The notes beneath the pieces were generated by a model, which saw only the letters and a list, made by a program, of their open reading frames with translations, was not told the origin of the DNA and did not search any database. From a virus (Duplodnaviria > Caudoviricetes), in IMG/VR virus record IMGVR_UViG_2974518066_000001, positions 32,001 through 96,000 of that record: DNA of 64,000 bases. One strand, given 5' to 3'. The first letter of the stretch is position 1, and every line of letters begins with the position of its first letter. A program made the translations under genes and the position numbers. Positions 39,448 through 49,659 of this stretch are shown one piece after another.

Positions 39448-39876
39448 ATGTCCAAGAGCAATTTCCTTGAGAACGCGATTCTGGCCCTGCTGTTCAACGG
39501 CACCGGCATCGCCAACCTCGCCGACAACTCGGGCGTCGCCCCGCTGACCACCCTCTATGTCTCGCTGCACACCAGCGATCCGGGCGAAGCAGGCACGCAG
39601 GCCACCAACGAGATCGCCTACACCAACTATGCCCGCGTCGCCGTCGCCCGCACTGCGGCAGGCTGGCAGGTGACCGGTAATGCCGTGTCCCCGGCGCAGA
39701 ACATCGACTTCCCGACCGGCACCGGCGGCACCGGCACTGCCACCCACTTCGGCATCGGCGTGGCGCAGAACGGCGCTGGCACGCTCCTCTACTCGGGCAC
39801 CATCACTCCGAACATCGTTTGCGGCAACGGCATCACGCCGCGCCTGAGCACCACGGGCACCATCACCGAGGACTGA
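39448..39876 (+). CDS. virion structural / fibre-associated protein
   Basis: MSKSNFLENAILALLFNG...YVSLHTSDPGE...YARVAV, a common phage family. Confidence 0.75.
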   Translation: MSKSNFLENAILALLFNGTGIANLADNSGVAPLTTLYVSLHTSDPGEAGTQATNEIAYTNYARVAVARTAAGWQVTGNAVSPAQNIDFPTGTGGTGTATHFGIGVAQNGAGTLLYSGTITPNIVCGNGITPRLSTTGTITED

Positions 39877-39902
39877 TGTGCCTCTCTAACGGGAGGTAAT
39901 CC

Positions 39903-41534
39903 GTGGCAACAATCTTTGCCAAAGACGATCTGATTGTCGATGCCACCGCCAGCCTGAATGGGCGGGTGGCGGAGATCGGCGGATCATGGGTCTCTGTTTC
40001 TGGCACCAGCTCGGGGCTTGGCGGCACGAGCGGGACCATGGGCGTGTATCTGAATCAGGGCGCTCGCTCGACCTCTACCACTTCGCCCGGTGTAATCGCT
40101 TACTTGTCGGACCCGGCGCCTGCAGATGACATTGTTCTGTCTTGGAAGTCCGGCTACTTCGGCACTTCCGGCGCTCCGGGTGTGGCCTTCCGTGTCAATG
40201 GCACGTCAGGCTACCTACTGCAGCTCGCGCAGACTTTCATCGTCCTCTACAAGACTGTTGCCGGTTCGCGGAAGACGGTCATCCAGCAGACGGGATTGTC
40301 GCCTCTCAGTCCCACCAACGCTTTTCACGACTACGAATTGCATGTGAAGGGTGGCCGTCTCAGCCTTTATAAAGACGGCGCCCTTTTCTGGGAATATGAG
40401 GACGCAGACGCGCCACTTCTGACGGCGGGTAACGTCGGCCTCTTCATTCGCGGCGATGGTCGCACAACAAATTTCCTAGCCTACGTCCCGGACGGCGAAA
40501 TTGTCGTCGGCTCCCCTGAATCGGCGGGCTCCTCGGAGGCCGCTTTCGCCGGTGAGAAGTTCGTAGCGGGGTCGATCAGCTCAGCAGGCACGACGCCGAC
40601 CGCCTACATGCAGTCGGCGACCTACCGCGTCGGCGAGATGCGAAACGCTAACGGCGAGTCAAACGCTCGCTTCGACGCTATCGCTCTCATCACTGCCCAG
40701 ATGTATGCGCTGGCGCAGGCTCCTGAGCCAGACTTCCATAGCGTCGGCTTCTCCGCCACGACCGGTGCCATGGATGGCGCAGGGACCACGGTAGCTGCGT
40801 TCGTTGGTCGGGCTACCATGTCGGGCGATATGGCTGGTGCTGGCGTTACCAGTGATGCTATGGTCTCTCGCGCTTTCGGACAGGGCGAGGGCGAGTTCTC
40901 GATCGGCAGCGGCGGCACCTCGGCGGCTGCGTTCACCGCTCAGCGGATCGTCAGCGCTCGGATGCAGTCGGAGCCAAAATACGACGGCGACTCCTTCAAG
41001 TTTGTCGGCGGGCGCACGATCGAGGCTTCGTTCCTTTCGGAAGGCTCCAGCACCGCAGGCTTCACCGGTTACGTCGCAGTGCGGATCGAGGCCGCTGGCT
41101 CCTCGACTGCCTCGTTCGCTCCCACTGATGTCACGATCCCGGCGACCTTCTCGGCTGTCGGTTCGTCAGTCGGCGCTCTCAAGGAGCTGGAGTTCGCGGT
41201 AACGCGCTTCGGGCAGGTAGGCGCCCTCGGCTTCGGTCGCATGGTGGGCGTATCTGTCACCGGCGGCGCCATGAAGTCGCAGGGTGCTTCGATCATGTCG
41301 GGCTGGGCAGGGGCGACGATCTTCTCTAGCGAGATGGGGGCGGAAGGCTCCATGCGTGGTCGCATGGTCTCGCTCTCGTTCAGCAGCAACATCCCCACAC
41401 CGGACGATCGCGTCTCCTTCCTCCCGGCCGAGGATCGAACCGCTGTCCTTGAGGTCGAAGATCGGGAAGTGCTTCTCCCGGTTGAAGACCGCGAAATCCT
41501 CCTCCCGGCCGAAGATCGGATTGCATACCTATGA
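39903..41534 (+). CDS. putative virion fibre/adhesin (lectin-like N-terminus, G/S/A-rich repeats)
   Basis: beta-sandwich-like N-terminus; repeated GxSxAxF; C-terminal EDR repeats. Confidence 0.6.
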   Translation: MATIFAKDDLIVDATASLNGRVAEIGGSWVSVSGTSSGLGGTSGTMGVYLNQGARSTSTTSPGVIAYLSDPAPADDIVLSWKSGYFGTSGAPGVAFRVNGTSGYLLQLAQTFIVLYKTVAGSRKTVIQQTGLSPLSPTNAFHDYELHVKGGRLSLYKDGALFWEYEDADAPLLTAGNVGLFIRGDGRTTNFLAYVPDGEIVVGSPESAGSSEAAFAGEKFVAGSISSAGTTPTAYMQSATYRVGEMRNANGESNARFDAIALITAQMYALAQAPEPDFHSVGFSATTGAMDGAGTTVAAFVGRATMSGDMAGAGVTSDAMVSRAFGQGEGEFSIGSGGTSAAAFTAQRIVSARMQSEPKYDGDSFKFVGGRTIEASFLSEGSSTAGFTGYVAVRIEAAGSSTASFAPTDVTIPATFSAVGSSVGALKELEFAVTRFGQVGALGFGRMVGVSVTGGAMKSQGASIMSGWAGATIFSSEMGAEGSMRGRMVSLSFSSNIPTPDDRVSFLPAEDRTAVLEVEDREVLLPVEDREILLPAEDRIAYL

Positions 41535-41815
41535 GCATGAAATGGAAGACCCCGAAGGACCCGGATGAAATCCTCGACTATGTGGTCGATTATTCCAGTC
41601 GCATGGTTCCCGGCGACCGCATCGCCTCGATCATGGAGGTGTCTGTCGTCGATGGCTCCGTCCATATCGACAGCTATTCCTTCACCGACAATCGCCTGAC
41701 GGTCTGGCTGTCTGGCGGCACGGAAGGGGAGGCATGTCCGATCCTGTTTCGTGTCACCACGGAAGGCGGGCGCTTGCTCGACCAGACTGTCACCGTGAAG
41801 ATCAAAACGAAATAA
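41531..41815 (+). CDS. phage fibre-tail adaptor-like protein
   Basis: KDPDEILDYVVDY...VWLSGG...TTEGGR. Confidence 0.7.
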   Translation: MSMKWKTPKDPDEILDYVVDYSSRMVPGDRIASIMEVSVVDGSVHIDSYSFTDNRLTVWLSGGTEGEACPILFRVTTEGGRLLDQTVTVKIKTK

Positions 41816-42174
41816 TTTTGGCTGCGATGACAGAATCAGTTGACATATGAATCATTCGGGTCTAGTGATCCTGTCATCGAGACGGCGATGCGGAGGGGCC
41901 TCCTCCACGGAGACGCTGAGGCACTGGACTACAAAGCCGGTGGCGTTTCTACCGTTCGAGACTGAGCCCGCGCTTACAGCGATGGGTCTATCGAGGCTTC
42001 GGCCGCTGAGCCAGCGTAGCAGATCAGCGGTCACCAACACTCGCAATGCGAGACCTCTTGCATAAGCGCCCGGCCTGAATCGTCGGTAGCGGGATGTGGC
42101 TCAACACTAGGGCGGCGAAGCTGGGAGTAGTGCCCCGGCGAGCTTCGAGGTTTCACATTGCCAGTGATGGCTAA

Positions 42175-42303
42175 GATCAGGTCGGTTGCCCGAGTGGTTT
42201 AAGGGTGATCGATGCAAGACTGGATGGGATCGGAGGCAACGGCTCCGCACCACATGACGGTAAACCGTCCAGCCGAGGGTTCGACTCCCTCACCGGTCTG
42301 ATC
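42175..42303 (+). ncRNA. tRNA-like RNA with an insertion in place of a normal anticodon arm
   Basis: 12-bp closing stem; D loop GAGTGGTTTAA; T arm GAGGG-TTCGACT-CCCTC; no CCA. Confidence 0.6.
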
Positions 42304-42386
42304 GATTACGAGGTTGGCCCGCCGTGCCGTTATCGTCCGCGCTTCTTAGCGCGGGGCGCCGGGCCACATTTTTAGAAAGGAAGTTG

Positions 42387-42869
42387 TTGGATACGGAACT
42401 TGCCTACCTTGCTGGGTTTCTTGACGGAGAAGGCACGATAGGTTTGTTCAAGACTTCTGGTGCCAATGCGTTCAAGGTGCCGTGTATTTCGGTGTCCAGC
42501 ACGGATAGGTATCTTCTGGATGCTTACGTCCATCGTTTCGGTGGACACATCCAGACCAAGGCGAGCAAACGGCCTGAAAATCATCGGCAAGCCTATGAAT
42601 ATCGCTTGCGTGGTCCTAAGGCTATTTGCGCGATTTCGGAGTTGTTTCCGTATTTACGCCACCACGTCAAGCGCGCCAGAGCGACGATGATCTTGGAGCA
42701 CTTCACCAAGATCACTAAGCGCAACGGGAAATACACCGAAGCTGAGCGCGCTATAAAGATAAGGTGGGAAGAGTTATTTCTCAGCTTGTCATCGCGAGGT
42801 GGCGATGCTTGGACAAGGGATTACCAGCAGTTCGCTGTTGGTGATGATGATCGTAATTCGGACGATTGA
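42387..42869 (+). mobile_element. LAGLIDADG homing endonuclease running into the tmRNA gene
   Basis: LAYLAGFLDGEG; AAGGAAG RBS with TTG start; lower GC. Confidence 0.85.
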
Positions 42870-43194
42870 GGACGCGCACGGACCGGGGAGCGTTACCCCG
42901 CACCTCCACCATTGCTGCTGAGCGCGAGGCTCAGAACTTCGGAGACACGGCGGTATCCAACCCGCAGGGCCTCAGTAGCATTGATGGGGGTGAAGTAGGA
43001 TCGACGTGCAAGGCTGAGAGAAGGACGCGATCGGTTTGGGTGCTGCCCCTTATGCGGTGCCAAGGCTTTAACTGCCAACGACAATGATGTTGTCACTGCG
43101 GAAGTGCGCCTCGCGGCGTAACCCGAGAAATTCCTGAGCCTTCAACAAGCTCAGGTGCGGACTGGCCCACCGAGCAACAGGACGGGCCACATTT
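42830..43194 (+). ncRNA. ssrA: circularly permuted two-piece tmRNA; tag ANDNDVVTAEVRLAA (43074-43121); outer ends approximate
   Basis: acceptor 3' end CACCTCCACCA (ends 42911) precedes 5' end GGGGGTGAAGTAGGATCGAC (42986); G3:U70; hairpin intervening segment. Confidence 0.92.
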
Positions 43195-43424
43195 GAGGCA
43201 GGGGCCGATCACAACCTCCCCTGACCGCTCGCTGTGTCCCCGCGCAGCCGTGATCGGTCTCTTCCTCAACTGTGACAAATTTAGGTGAGGAGCCGTGGCT
43301 GCAATCGCGGTGTTTTGCAGGACCGACCGACACAACTGGACAGTCCTCACCTGATCATCTCTGCAGGGTTTCCCGTTCCCTGCATGACAGCCGGGCGACC
43401 CATGTCTCCCCCGAAAGCCCGGCG

Positions 43425-43466
43425 AGGCCCGCGACCAAAATCATCGGTCGCGGGCCTTTCTGTTTG
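43425..43466 (+). terminator. intrinsic terminator
   Basis: AGGCCCGCGACC/GGTCGCGGGCCT plus TTCTGTTT. Confidence 0.7.
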
Positions 43467-43571
43467 TCGGATGGTTATTAAAACTTGACTTTCAACGGTT
43501 CGAGAGTTAGTCAGGCGGACCAAATCTGAATCGGCGACCCAAGCCGAAATCCCTCATTCTCTAAGGTATCC

Positions 43572-46500
43572 ATGGCAACATACACGAAAGCCCTCGCCGA
43601 GCTGTTCGACGGGGTAGGGGGCACGGTCGTCCTCCACGACGCCGATGGCGCGACTTACGCCGAGACCGATCTGGCGGAGCTGGCGAGCATCGCCGACGAG
43701 CTGATTGCCGGTGACCTCGACCCGTGGGTTGATCTGGTGACCGCCGAAGGCACTGCTATCGGCTTGTTCGTTCCCGGCGACGCCACCGCCGTGAGCCCGC
43801 CGCCCAGCGCGATCGTGGATGGTGGCATGGTCTACCTGTTCAATGAACCGGTCGAAGGTCAGAAGCCGGGCGTGAACCTTTGCCCGCTCGACCTCATCGA
43901 AGGCGCCGTGACATATGATCCGACCCGCTTGGAGCTGTCCACCGACGCCTCCAAGCGTTCGATCACTCTGGGGCAGGGCCGCCGAAGTGATGAAAAGCAG
44001 GGCAAGTGGAAGGAGATCACTTCCACCTTCGGCGCGTTCACCGATTTCCTGCGCCAGCACAATGAAGGCCAGAAGGATGGTCCATGCTTCCTGCAAGGCG
44101 CCACGGCTGGTGGCACCCGTAAGGCGGCGGCGATTATCGGCAACGATGTGCTCGGCGTCGATCTCGATTCCGGTGCGCCCCTGAGTGACGTGATCGACAC
44201 AATCGTCCGCCATCGGCTGGAGGCTGTGATCTACACGACCCACAGCCATCTCAAGGACACCAGCGTCATCAAGCGCGACCATTATTTCAAGTGGTCTGGC
44301 GAGCTTGTCGCAACGACCGAAGGCGTCGCGGATTACCTGCAGCAGGTGAAGGGCGTCCTCCCCCACATCGTCGAGGACGTGGAAATCGTCAACGAGAGCC
44401 ACCATACCGAAGATGGTATCGTGATCCTCGTGAAGCACCGGCCGATGCCAAAATTCCGCGCCGTGTTTCCGCTCAAGGAGACTTTCGTGTTCTCCAAGCG
44501 CGGCGGCACCCAGCAGGACGCCATCGCGGAGTGGAAGGAACGATACGCTGGCTTCTGCACCGAGCTGGGTCTGTTCTTCGACGAGAAGTGCGTCGATCCG
44601 GCGCGCCTGTTCTATTTCCCTCGGCACGCCAAGGGCGACACCAGCTTTGGCTCGTGGCACGTCGTGGGCGGCGCTCTGGACCTCGACGACTACGACCGTG
44701 TGAAGATGAAGCGCGGCCGGGATGGTAAGCGCCGGGCCGTGTCGAGCAATGCCTTCACGGCGGCTGGCGGCGGCGAGGAAGAGGACGATCGGGAGCGCTA
44801 CGTCACCGACGATGGCTTCCACCTGCGTCCGTGGGCGGCGAAGTTCGCCAACCGCTTCGAGGTCGAGATGATGCTGGAGACGGTGGTCGGCGACGACTTC
44901 ATGCGAGACCCGCGCACCGGCGGTAAGCCCGGCACGCACGTCGAGTGCCCCTTCGAGGCGGAGCACACCAGCTTCGGCGGCGGCGGCACCTATGTCGTCA
45001 ACGCCTCCGACAATATGGATGACGGCTTCGACGGCGGCTTCACCTTCCACTGTGTTCACAACGCCTGTTCAGGTCGTGACCGGCTCGACTACCTGTGCGA
45101 GTTGATCAATCAGGGTGTGATCTCGTCGAAGGACCTGCAGAACAAGGAGTTCATGGTCGCGCTGGAAGGCGACGACGATGATGAAGATGAAGTCGAGGCG
45201 GAAGCCGACGATCGCCGGGTGAATGCCGCAGCGGCCAAGGCCGGGCTGTCCGGGACGTTCGCAGGTGTTCGTGGCCAGTCCAAGAAGCCTTCGATGGAGG
45301 GCATGACCGAGGACGAAATTCTCCTCTGGGAGATGAACGATCGCTATGCGGTGATCCGCACCAGCGGCGGCGTCAAGATTCTTGTCGAGCCCCGCACCGC
45401 TGATGGCGATGTCTCATTCGAGAGCCAGAACGACGTTGCCCTGTTCGAGAAGAACAACGTGCTGTGGATGGGCGACGGCAAGAAGGGCAAGCAGAAGATC
45501 GAGGTCTTCAAGCTGTGGCTCGAATGGGAGCACCGCCGCACCTACGTCGATGTCGTCTTCGAGCCGGGCCGGGAGACTGAGGAGCATACCTACAATCTCT
45601 TCCGTGGCTGGCCCTACAGCCCGAAGGAGACGTTCTGGGAGCAGGTCACCGATAACAAGGACAAGCCCGTGCCCGGCGACTGGTCCATGCTTCGTGGTCA
45701 CATCTACGAGAACATCTGCGAGTCCAACGACGAAATGTTCGGGTGGTTGATGACGTGGCTGGCCCACCTGTTCCAGCACCCCGACCAAAAGCCGGGCTCC
45801 ACCGTCGTCGTCACCGGCAAGAAGGGCACCGGCAAGTCCACGCTCTTCGACTATGTGAACAAGGCTCTGGGGCGCTGCGGGATCACTGTGTCGCAGCGTA
45901 AGCAGATCGTCGGCCAGTTCAATGGTCACCTTGCTACGACGCTCCTGATGGTCTGCGAAGAAGCCTTCTGGGCAGCGGACCCGCAGGCGGAAGGCGTGCT
46001 CAAGGACATGATCACCAACAAGTCGATGTTGATCGAAAAGAAGGGCTACGACCCGATCCAGTCGAACAACTACACCCGGCTTGCCCTGATCTCGAACAAC
46101 GAGTGGGTCGTTCCCGCCTCCCTCAAAGACGAGCGTCGCTTCTTTGTTCTGCGATGCTCCGATGCACGTCAGGGTGACCTTGCTTTCTTCGGCGCCCTCC
46201 GTGAACAGATGGAGAAGCTGGGAGGTATCGAGGCCATGATGTATGACCTCATGACTTGGGAGCCGACGAACGGTCACTTCTCCTCGCTCTACACGCCGCC
46301 GGTGACGCAGTATCTGCAGCAGCAGCAGGTCGAATCTCTTTCGGGTGTCCAGAAGTTCATGCTTGAACTGGTCAAATCGGGTATCTACGAGACCCATGAC
46401 GACAAGGTAGAGGCGATCGAACTCAACACCGACAAGGAGACCATGGTCACGGCGGTGGATATGCGAGCGGCGATCGAAGATTACACCCGCTTCCGGTTTG

Positions 46501-46721
46501 CTTCCGACAAGGCCAAGACTTCCTATGACGACATTTCGTCTGTCGTCATCGACTGGTTCGGCGCCCGCGAGGTGAAGATGCAACTGGAGGGTTCGACCAA
46601 CCGGAAGCGCATGTTCATCTTCCCGCCGCTGGCGGAAACGCGCGCCACCCTCAAGGAGAAGAAGGGGCTCGATATTGAGGCCATGACCGAGGAAACGGTC
46701 AAGAACCTCAAATCGCGGTAA
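43572..46721 (+). CDS. primase-helicase (primase/polymerase-like N-terminus, Zn motif, SF3/D5-like ATPase)
   Basis: GVDLDSG, IYTTHSH, ARLFYFP, CPFEAEH...CVHNAC, GKKGTGKS, CEEA, ISNN, DERRFFV. Confidence 0.85.
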   Translation: MATYTKALAELFDGVGGTVVLHDADGATYAETDLAELASIADELIAGDLDPWVDLVTAEGTAIGLFVPGDATAVSPPPSAIVDGGMVYLFNEPVEGQKPGVNLCPLDLIEGAVTYDPTRLELSTDASKRSITLGQGRRSDEKQGKWKEITSTFGAFTDFLRQHNEGQKDGPCFLQGATAGGTRKAAAIIGNDVLGVDLDSGAPLSDVIDTIVRHRLEAVIYTTHSHLKDTSVIKRDHYFKWSGELVATTEGVADYLQQVKGVLPHIVEDVEIVNESHHTEDGIVILVKHRPMPKFRAVFPLKETFVFSKRGGTQQDAIAEWKERYAGFCTELGLFFDEKCVDPARLFYFPRHAKGDTSFGSWHVVGGALDLDDYDRVKMKRGRDGKRRAVSSNAFTAAGGGEEEDDRERYVTDDGFHLRPWAAKFANRFEVEMMLETVVGDDFMRDPRTGGKPGTHVECPFEAEHTSFGGGGTYVVNASDNMDDGFDGGFTFHCVHNACSGRDRLDYLCELINQGVISSKDLQNKEFMVALEGDDDDEDEVEAEADDRRVNAAAAKAGLSGTFAGVRGQSKKPSMEGMTEDEILLWEMNDRYAVIRTSGGVKILVEPRTADGDVSFESQNDVALFEKNNVLWMGDGKKGKQKIEVFKLWLEWEHRRTYVDVVFEPGRETEEHTYNLFRGWPYSPKETFWEQVTDNKDKPVPGDWSMLRGHIYENICESNDEMFGWLMTWLAHLFQHPDQKPGSTVVVTGKKGTGKSTLFDYVNKALGRCGITVSQRKQIVGQFNGHLATTLLMVCEEAFWAADPQAEGVLKDMITNKSMLIEKKGYDPIQSNNYTRLALISNNEWVVPASLKDERRFFVLRCSDARQGDLAFFGALREQMEKLGGIEAMMYDLMTWEPTNGHFSSLYTPPVTQYLQQQQVESLSGVQKFMLELVKSGIYETHDDKVEAIELNTDKETMVTAVDMRAAIEDYTRFRFASDKAKTSYDDISSVVIDWFGAREVKMQLEGSTNRKRMFIFPPLAETRATLKEKKGLDIEAMTEETVKNLKSR

Positions 46722-46933
46722 CCTACTGGAGTCGAATGAGGACTCCGGATAACAAAAGAATCATTGACGGACAGTTTCACTAACCCTATCACCTCCCTGC
46801 CAGCTAACCGAATCCTCGGAAACGCCAGCAGGGAGGTTTTTCATGAACTAATACGATACCGAAACGATGCCGACTACGAAAGAGTTTTGGCCGCCTGACG
46901 CTTTCTGTCAGGCGGCACCCTAAAGGGAGAATC

Positions 46934-47458
46934 ATGAGCAACTGGAATGACACTTTCTGGCTCGAAATGGCGCAGAACTATGCCAAGGGCAGCAAGGACC
47001 CTTCCACCAAGGTTGGGTGTGTCATAGTGCGTCCAGATCGGACGCCGTGCTCGTGGGGCACCAATGGTTTCCCGCAGGGGATTGCAGACACGCCGAACCG
47101 TCTGAATGACCGTCAGACGAAATATGATCTGACGATCCATGCCGAGTTGAACGCGCTGTTGTTCGCCCCTGAGCGGGTCGTCGGCTACACGCTTTATTCG
47201 ACGTTCGCGCCGTGCATTCGTTGCGCCGTCAACATTATCCAAGCCAAGATTTCCCGTGTTGTGTTCACGGCCAGCGCGAACCCGCGATGGCAGGATGAAC
47301 AAGCTCGGTCGGTCCTTTTGATGGTGGAAGCTGGTCTGGACGTGCTGATTTACAGCCCTGACGGCGAGCTTGTCGATCACCTCAGCCACAAACACCTCCC
47401 GCCTGCAAGCGAGCCGAGCATTCTAGGTGGCTTCGGCGGGCGCGGCCCCATTCTCTGA
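46934..47458 (+). CDS. dCMP deaminase
   Basis: SKDPSTKVGC, HAELNA, PCIRC. Confidence 0.92.
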   Translation: MSNWNDTFWLEMAQNYAKGSKDPSTKVGCVIVRPDRTPCSWGTNGFPQGIADTPNRLNDRQTKYDLTIHAELNALLFAPERVVGYTLYSTFAPCIRCAVNIIQAKISRVVFTASANPRWQDEQARSVLLMVEAGLDVLIYSPDGELVDHLSHKHLPPASEPSILGGFGGRGPIL

Positions 47459-47480
47459 CAGAACAGAAAAGGAGACAATC

Positions 47481-48785
47481 ATGAAGATCGAGATGGTCCC
47501 GCACGACCACGGACGCGGCCTGATCAAGATGTGGGAGCCCGAGGGTTACCCCTTCGAGGCCGAGGCAATGGCGCAGCTCCGCAACCTGTCGAAGATGCCG
47601 TTCGTCCACAAGCATGTCGCTGCGATGCCTGACGCCCACATGGGCAAGGGCGCCTGCGTCGGCACTGTCATCGCCACCAAGGGCGTGATCATTCCGGCTG
47701 CGGTCGGCGTGGACATCGGTTGCGGGATGATGGCACTGCGGACCAACCTGACCGCCAGCATGTTGCCTGACAGTCTGTCGCATATTCGCGGAATGATCGA
47801 GGCGGCGGTGCCCCATGGCCGCACCGACAACGGCGGCAAGAACGATCGCGGGGCGTGGGGCGAGACCCCGAAGAGCTTCTTCGATCGCTGGAACTATCTG
47901 TCGAGCGGCTATGCCAAGCTGGTCGAGAAGCATCCAAAGATCAACCATTGGGCCGTCGATCGGCATCTCGGCACTCTCGGGACTGGTAACCACTTCATTG
48001 AACTGTGCCTCGACGAAGACCAGTTCGTGTGGGTGATGTTGCACTCGGGCTCGCGAGGCGTCGGCAACAAGATCGGCACCTACTTCATCGAAGCGGCCAA
48101 GCGCGAGATGGAGCGGTATCACATCGACCGCTTCTTGCCGGATCAGGACCTTTCCTATCTGGTCGAGCATACCGAGGTCTACGACGATTATGTCGAGGCC
48201 GTCGAGTGGGCGCAGGAATATGCGATGGAGAACCGCAAGGCGATGATGGGCGCGGTCCTCAACGTCATGCACAAGGTGCTTCCGCCGTTCATGGTGACCG
48301 AGCAGGCCGTCAATTGCCATCACAACTACGTCACCCGCGAGCATCATTTCGGCGAGAACGTCTGGGTGACGCGCAAGGGCGCCGTGCAGGCTCGTAAGGG
48401 CACCCTCGGCATCATCCCCGGCTCGATGGGCACCGGCAGCTTCATCGTCGAAGGTCTGGGCAACGCGGACAGCTTCTGTTCGTGCAGCCACGGCGCCGGG
48501 CGCGTGATGAGCCGCACTCAGGCCAAGAAGATGATCACGATGGAGGAGCACGCGAAGGCGATGGTCGGAATTGAGGCTCGGCTGGACGCAGACATCATCG
48601 ACGAGAGTCCGGCGGCCTACAAACCGATCGGGGCGGTGATGGTCGGAATTGAGGCTCGGCTGGACGCAGACATCATCGACGAGAGTCCGGCGGCCTACAA
48701 ACCGATCGGGGCGGTGATGGATGCCCAGAGTGATCTCGTCGAGATCAAGCATCGGCTCCGTCAGGTGCTCAACGTAAAGGGATAA
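47481..48785 (+). CDS. rtcB: RNA ligase RtcB (with 26-aa internal duplication)
   Basis: MPDAH, VGVDIGCG, GTGNHFIE, LHSGSRG, CHHNY, PGSMG, SHGAGR, DESPAAYK. Confidence 0.95.
   Translation: MKIEMVPHDHGRGLIKMWEPEGYPFEAEAMAQLRNLSKMPFVHKHVAAMPDAHMGKGACVGTVIATKGVIIPAAVGVDIGCGMMALRTNLTASMLPDSLSHIRGMIEAAVPHGRTDNGGKNDRGAWGETPKSFFDRWNYLSSGYAKLVEKHPKINHWAVDRHLGTLGTGNHFIELCLDEDQFVWVMLHSGSRGVGNKIGTYFIEAAKREMERYHIDRFLPDQDLSYLVEHTEVYDDYVEAVEWAQEYAMENRKAMMGAVLNVMHKVLPPFMVTEQAVNCHHNYVTREHHFGENVWVTRKGAVQARKGTLGIIPGSMGTGSFIVEGLGNADSFCSCSHGAGRVMSRTQAKKMITMEEHAKAMVGIEARLDADIIDESPAAYKPIGAVMVGIEARLDADIIDESPAAYKPIGAVMDAQSDLVEIKHRLRQVLNVKG
48560..48720 (+). repeat. exact 78-bp tandem duplication in rtcB
   Basis: 48560-48637 identical to 48638-48715; bounded by GATGG. 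Confidence 0.95.
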
Positions 48786-48830
48786 AACCGGCTGGTCTGT
48801 GACCGGCCAACATAGGAGGAGTGGTCGCAA

Positions 48831-49274
48831 ATGAGCGTTATTTTGTATAGCGGCTGGTATAGCCCCGAGCTGTGCCAGCGGCATCCCAACAAGGTCTTCG
48901 TGTTCGGAGACAATATGCGCGGCTTCGGTAAGGGCGGTCAGGCCGTGATCCGTGATGAGCCGAACGCTTTTGGCGTCCCGACGAAGCGTCTCCCGTCCAT
49001 GGTGGATGAGGCGTTCTTCCGGGAGGGCGATAGTGATGCGCTCGACGCCATCCTCAACGCTCTGGAGGAGCTGTGGGGACGCCTCAAGGATCGCGACACC
49101 GTGGTCATCCCGACGACCAAGACCGGAAAGGTCAGCCTCGGGCTCGAACGAGCCCAGCTAGATACGCTGGCGCCGTCGCTCTACGCGACGATCGCCCAGC
49201 ACGTCGAAGAGATGGTTGATAGCTACGGAGGCCGCCGTGCCGAGGATGAAACGGAACTCATCGCCGCCTATTGA
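48831..49274 (+). CDS. conserved phage protein
   Basis: FVFGDNM.GFGKGGQAVIRDEPNAFGVPTK family. Confidence 0.7.
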   Translation: MSVILYSGWYSPELCQRHPNKVFVFGDNMRGFGKGGQAVIRDEPNAFGVPTKRLPSMVDEAFFREGDSDALDAILNALEELWGRLKDRDTVVIPTTKTGKVSLGLERAQLDTLAPSLYATIAQHVEEMVDSYGGRRAEDETELIAAY

Positions 49275-49659
49275 GGTCTTCTCCGAAGATCAGGAAGTGA
49301 TGGCGCTGCAGGCTATGATCAAAGGCCTGCAGCACCTCAATACCCGTCACTTCACTATGCGGCACATGAAGGTCCTGATGGCGGCCCAGCTCTGCATCAG
49401 GATCATGAAAGGTGGCTACCCACGCGCTGTGGATATTGCCACTTTCGCCCGGCTGGAAGTGCCTGACTTCGAGGCGGAGCTTCGGGAGCTGGTGGAGAAG
49501 AAATATCTCCACGAGATCGTTCCGAGCTTTGGGCCTCTGGTCATGCGCTACAAGATCGGCTCCATGGGAGGGACTTTGCTGCGAAAGATGATGAGAGCAG
49601 AGGAGCCGCCTGCCCGCCCTAAATCGAACTTGAAGGTGGTCAAAGATGGGAAGCCTTGA
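49246..49659 (+). CDS. winged-helix-like protein
   Basis: PRAVDIATFARLE...LRELVEKKYL. Confidence 0.5.
   Translation: MKRNSSPPIEVFSEDQEVMALQAMIKGLQHLNTRHFTMRHMKVLMAAQLCIRIMKGGYPRAVDIATFARLEVPDFEAELRELVEKKYLHEIVPSFGPLVMRYKIGSMGGTLLRKMMRAEEPPARPKSNLKVVKDGKP

Noticed and set aside
41825-41879. Invertible promoter (14-bp imperfect inverted repeat)
   Set aside because: The repeat overlaps the -10 box and encloses only about 27 bp; no evidence of inversion.
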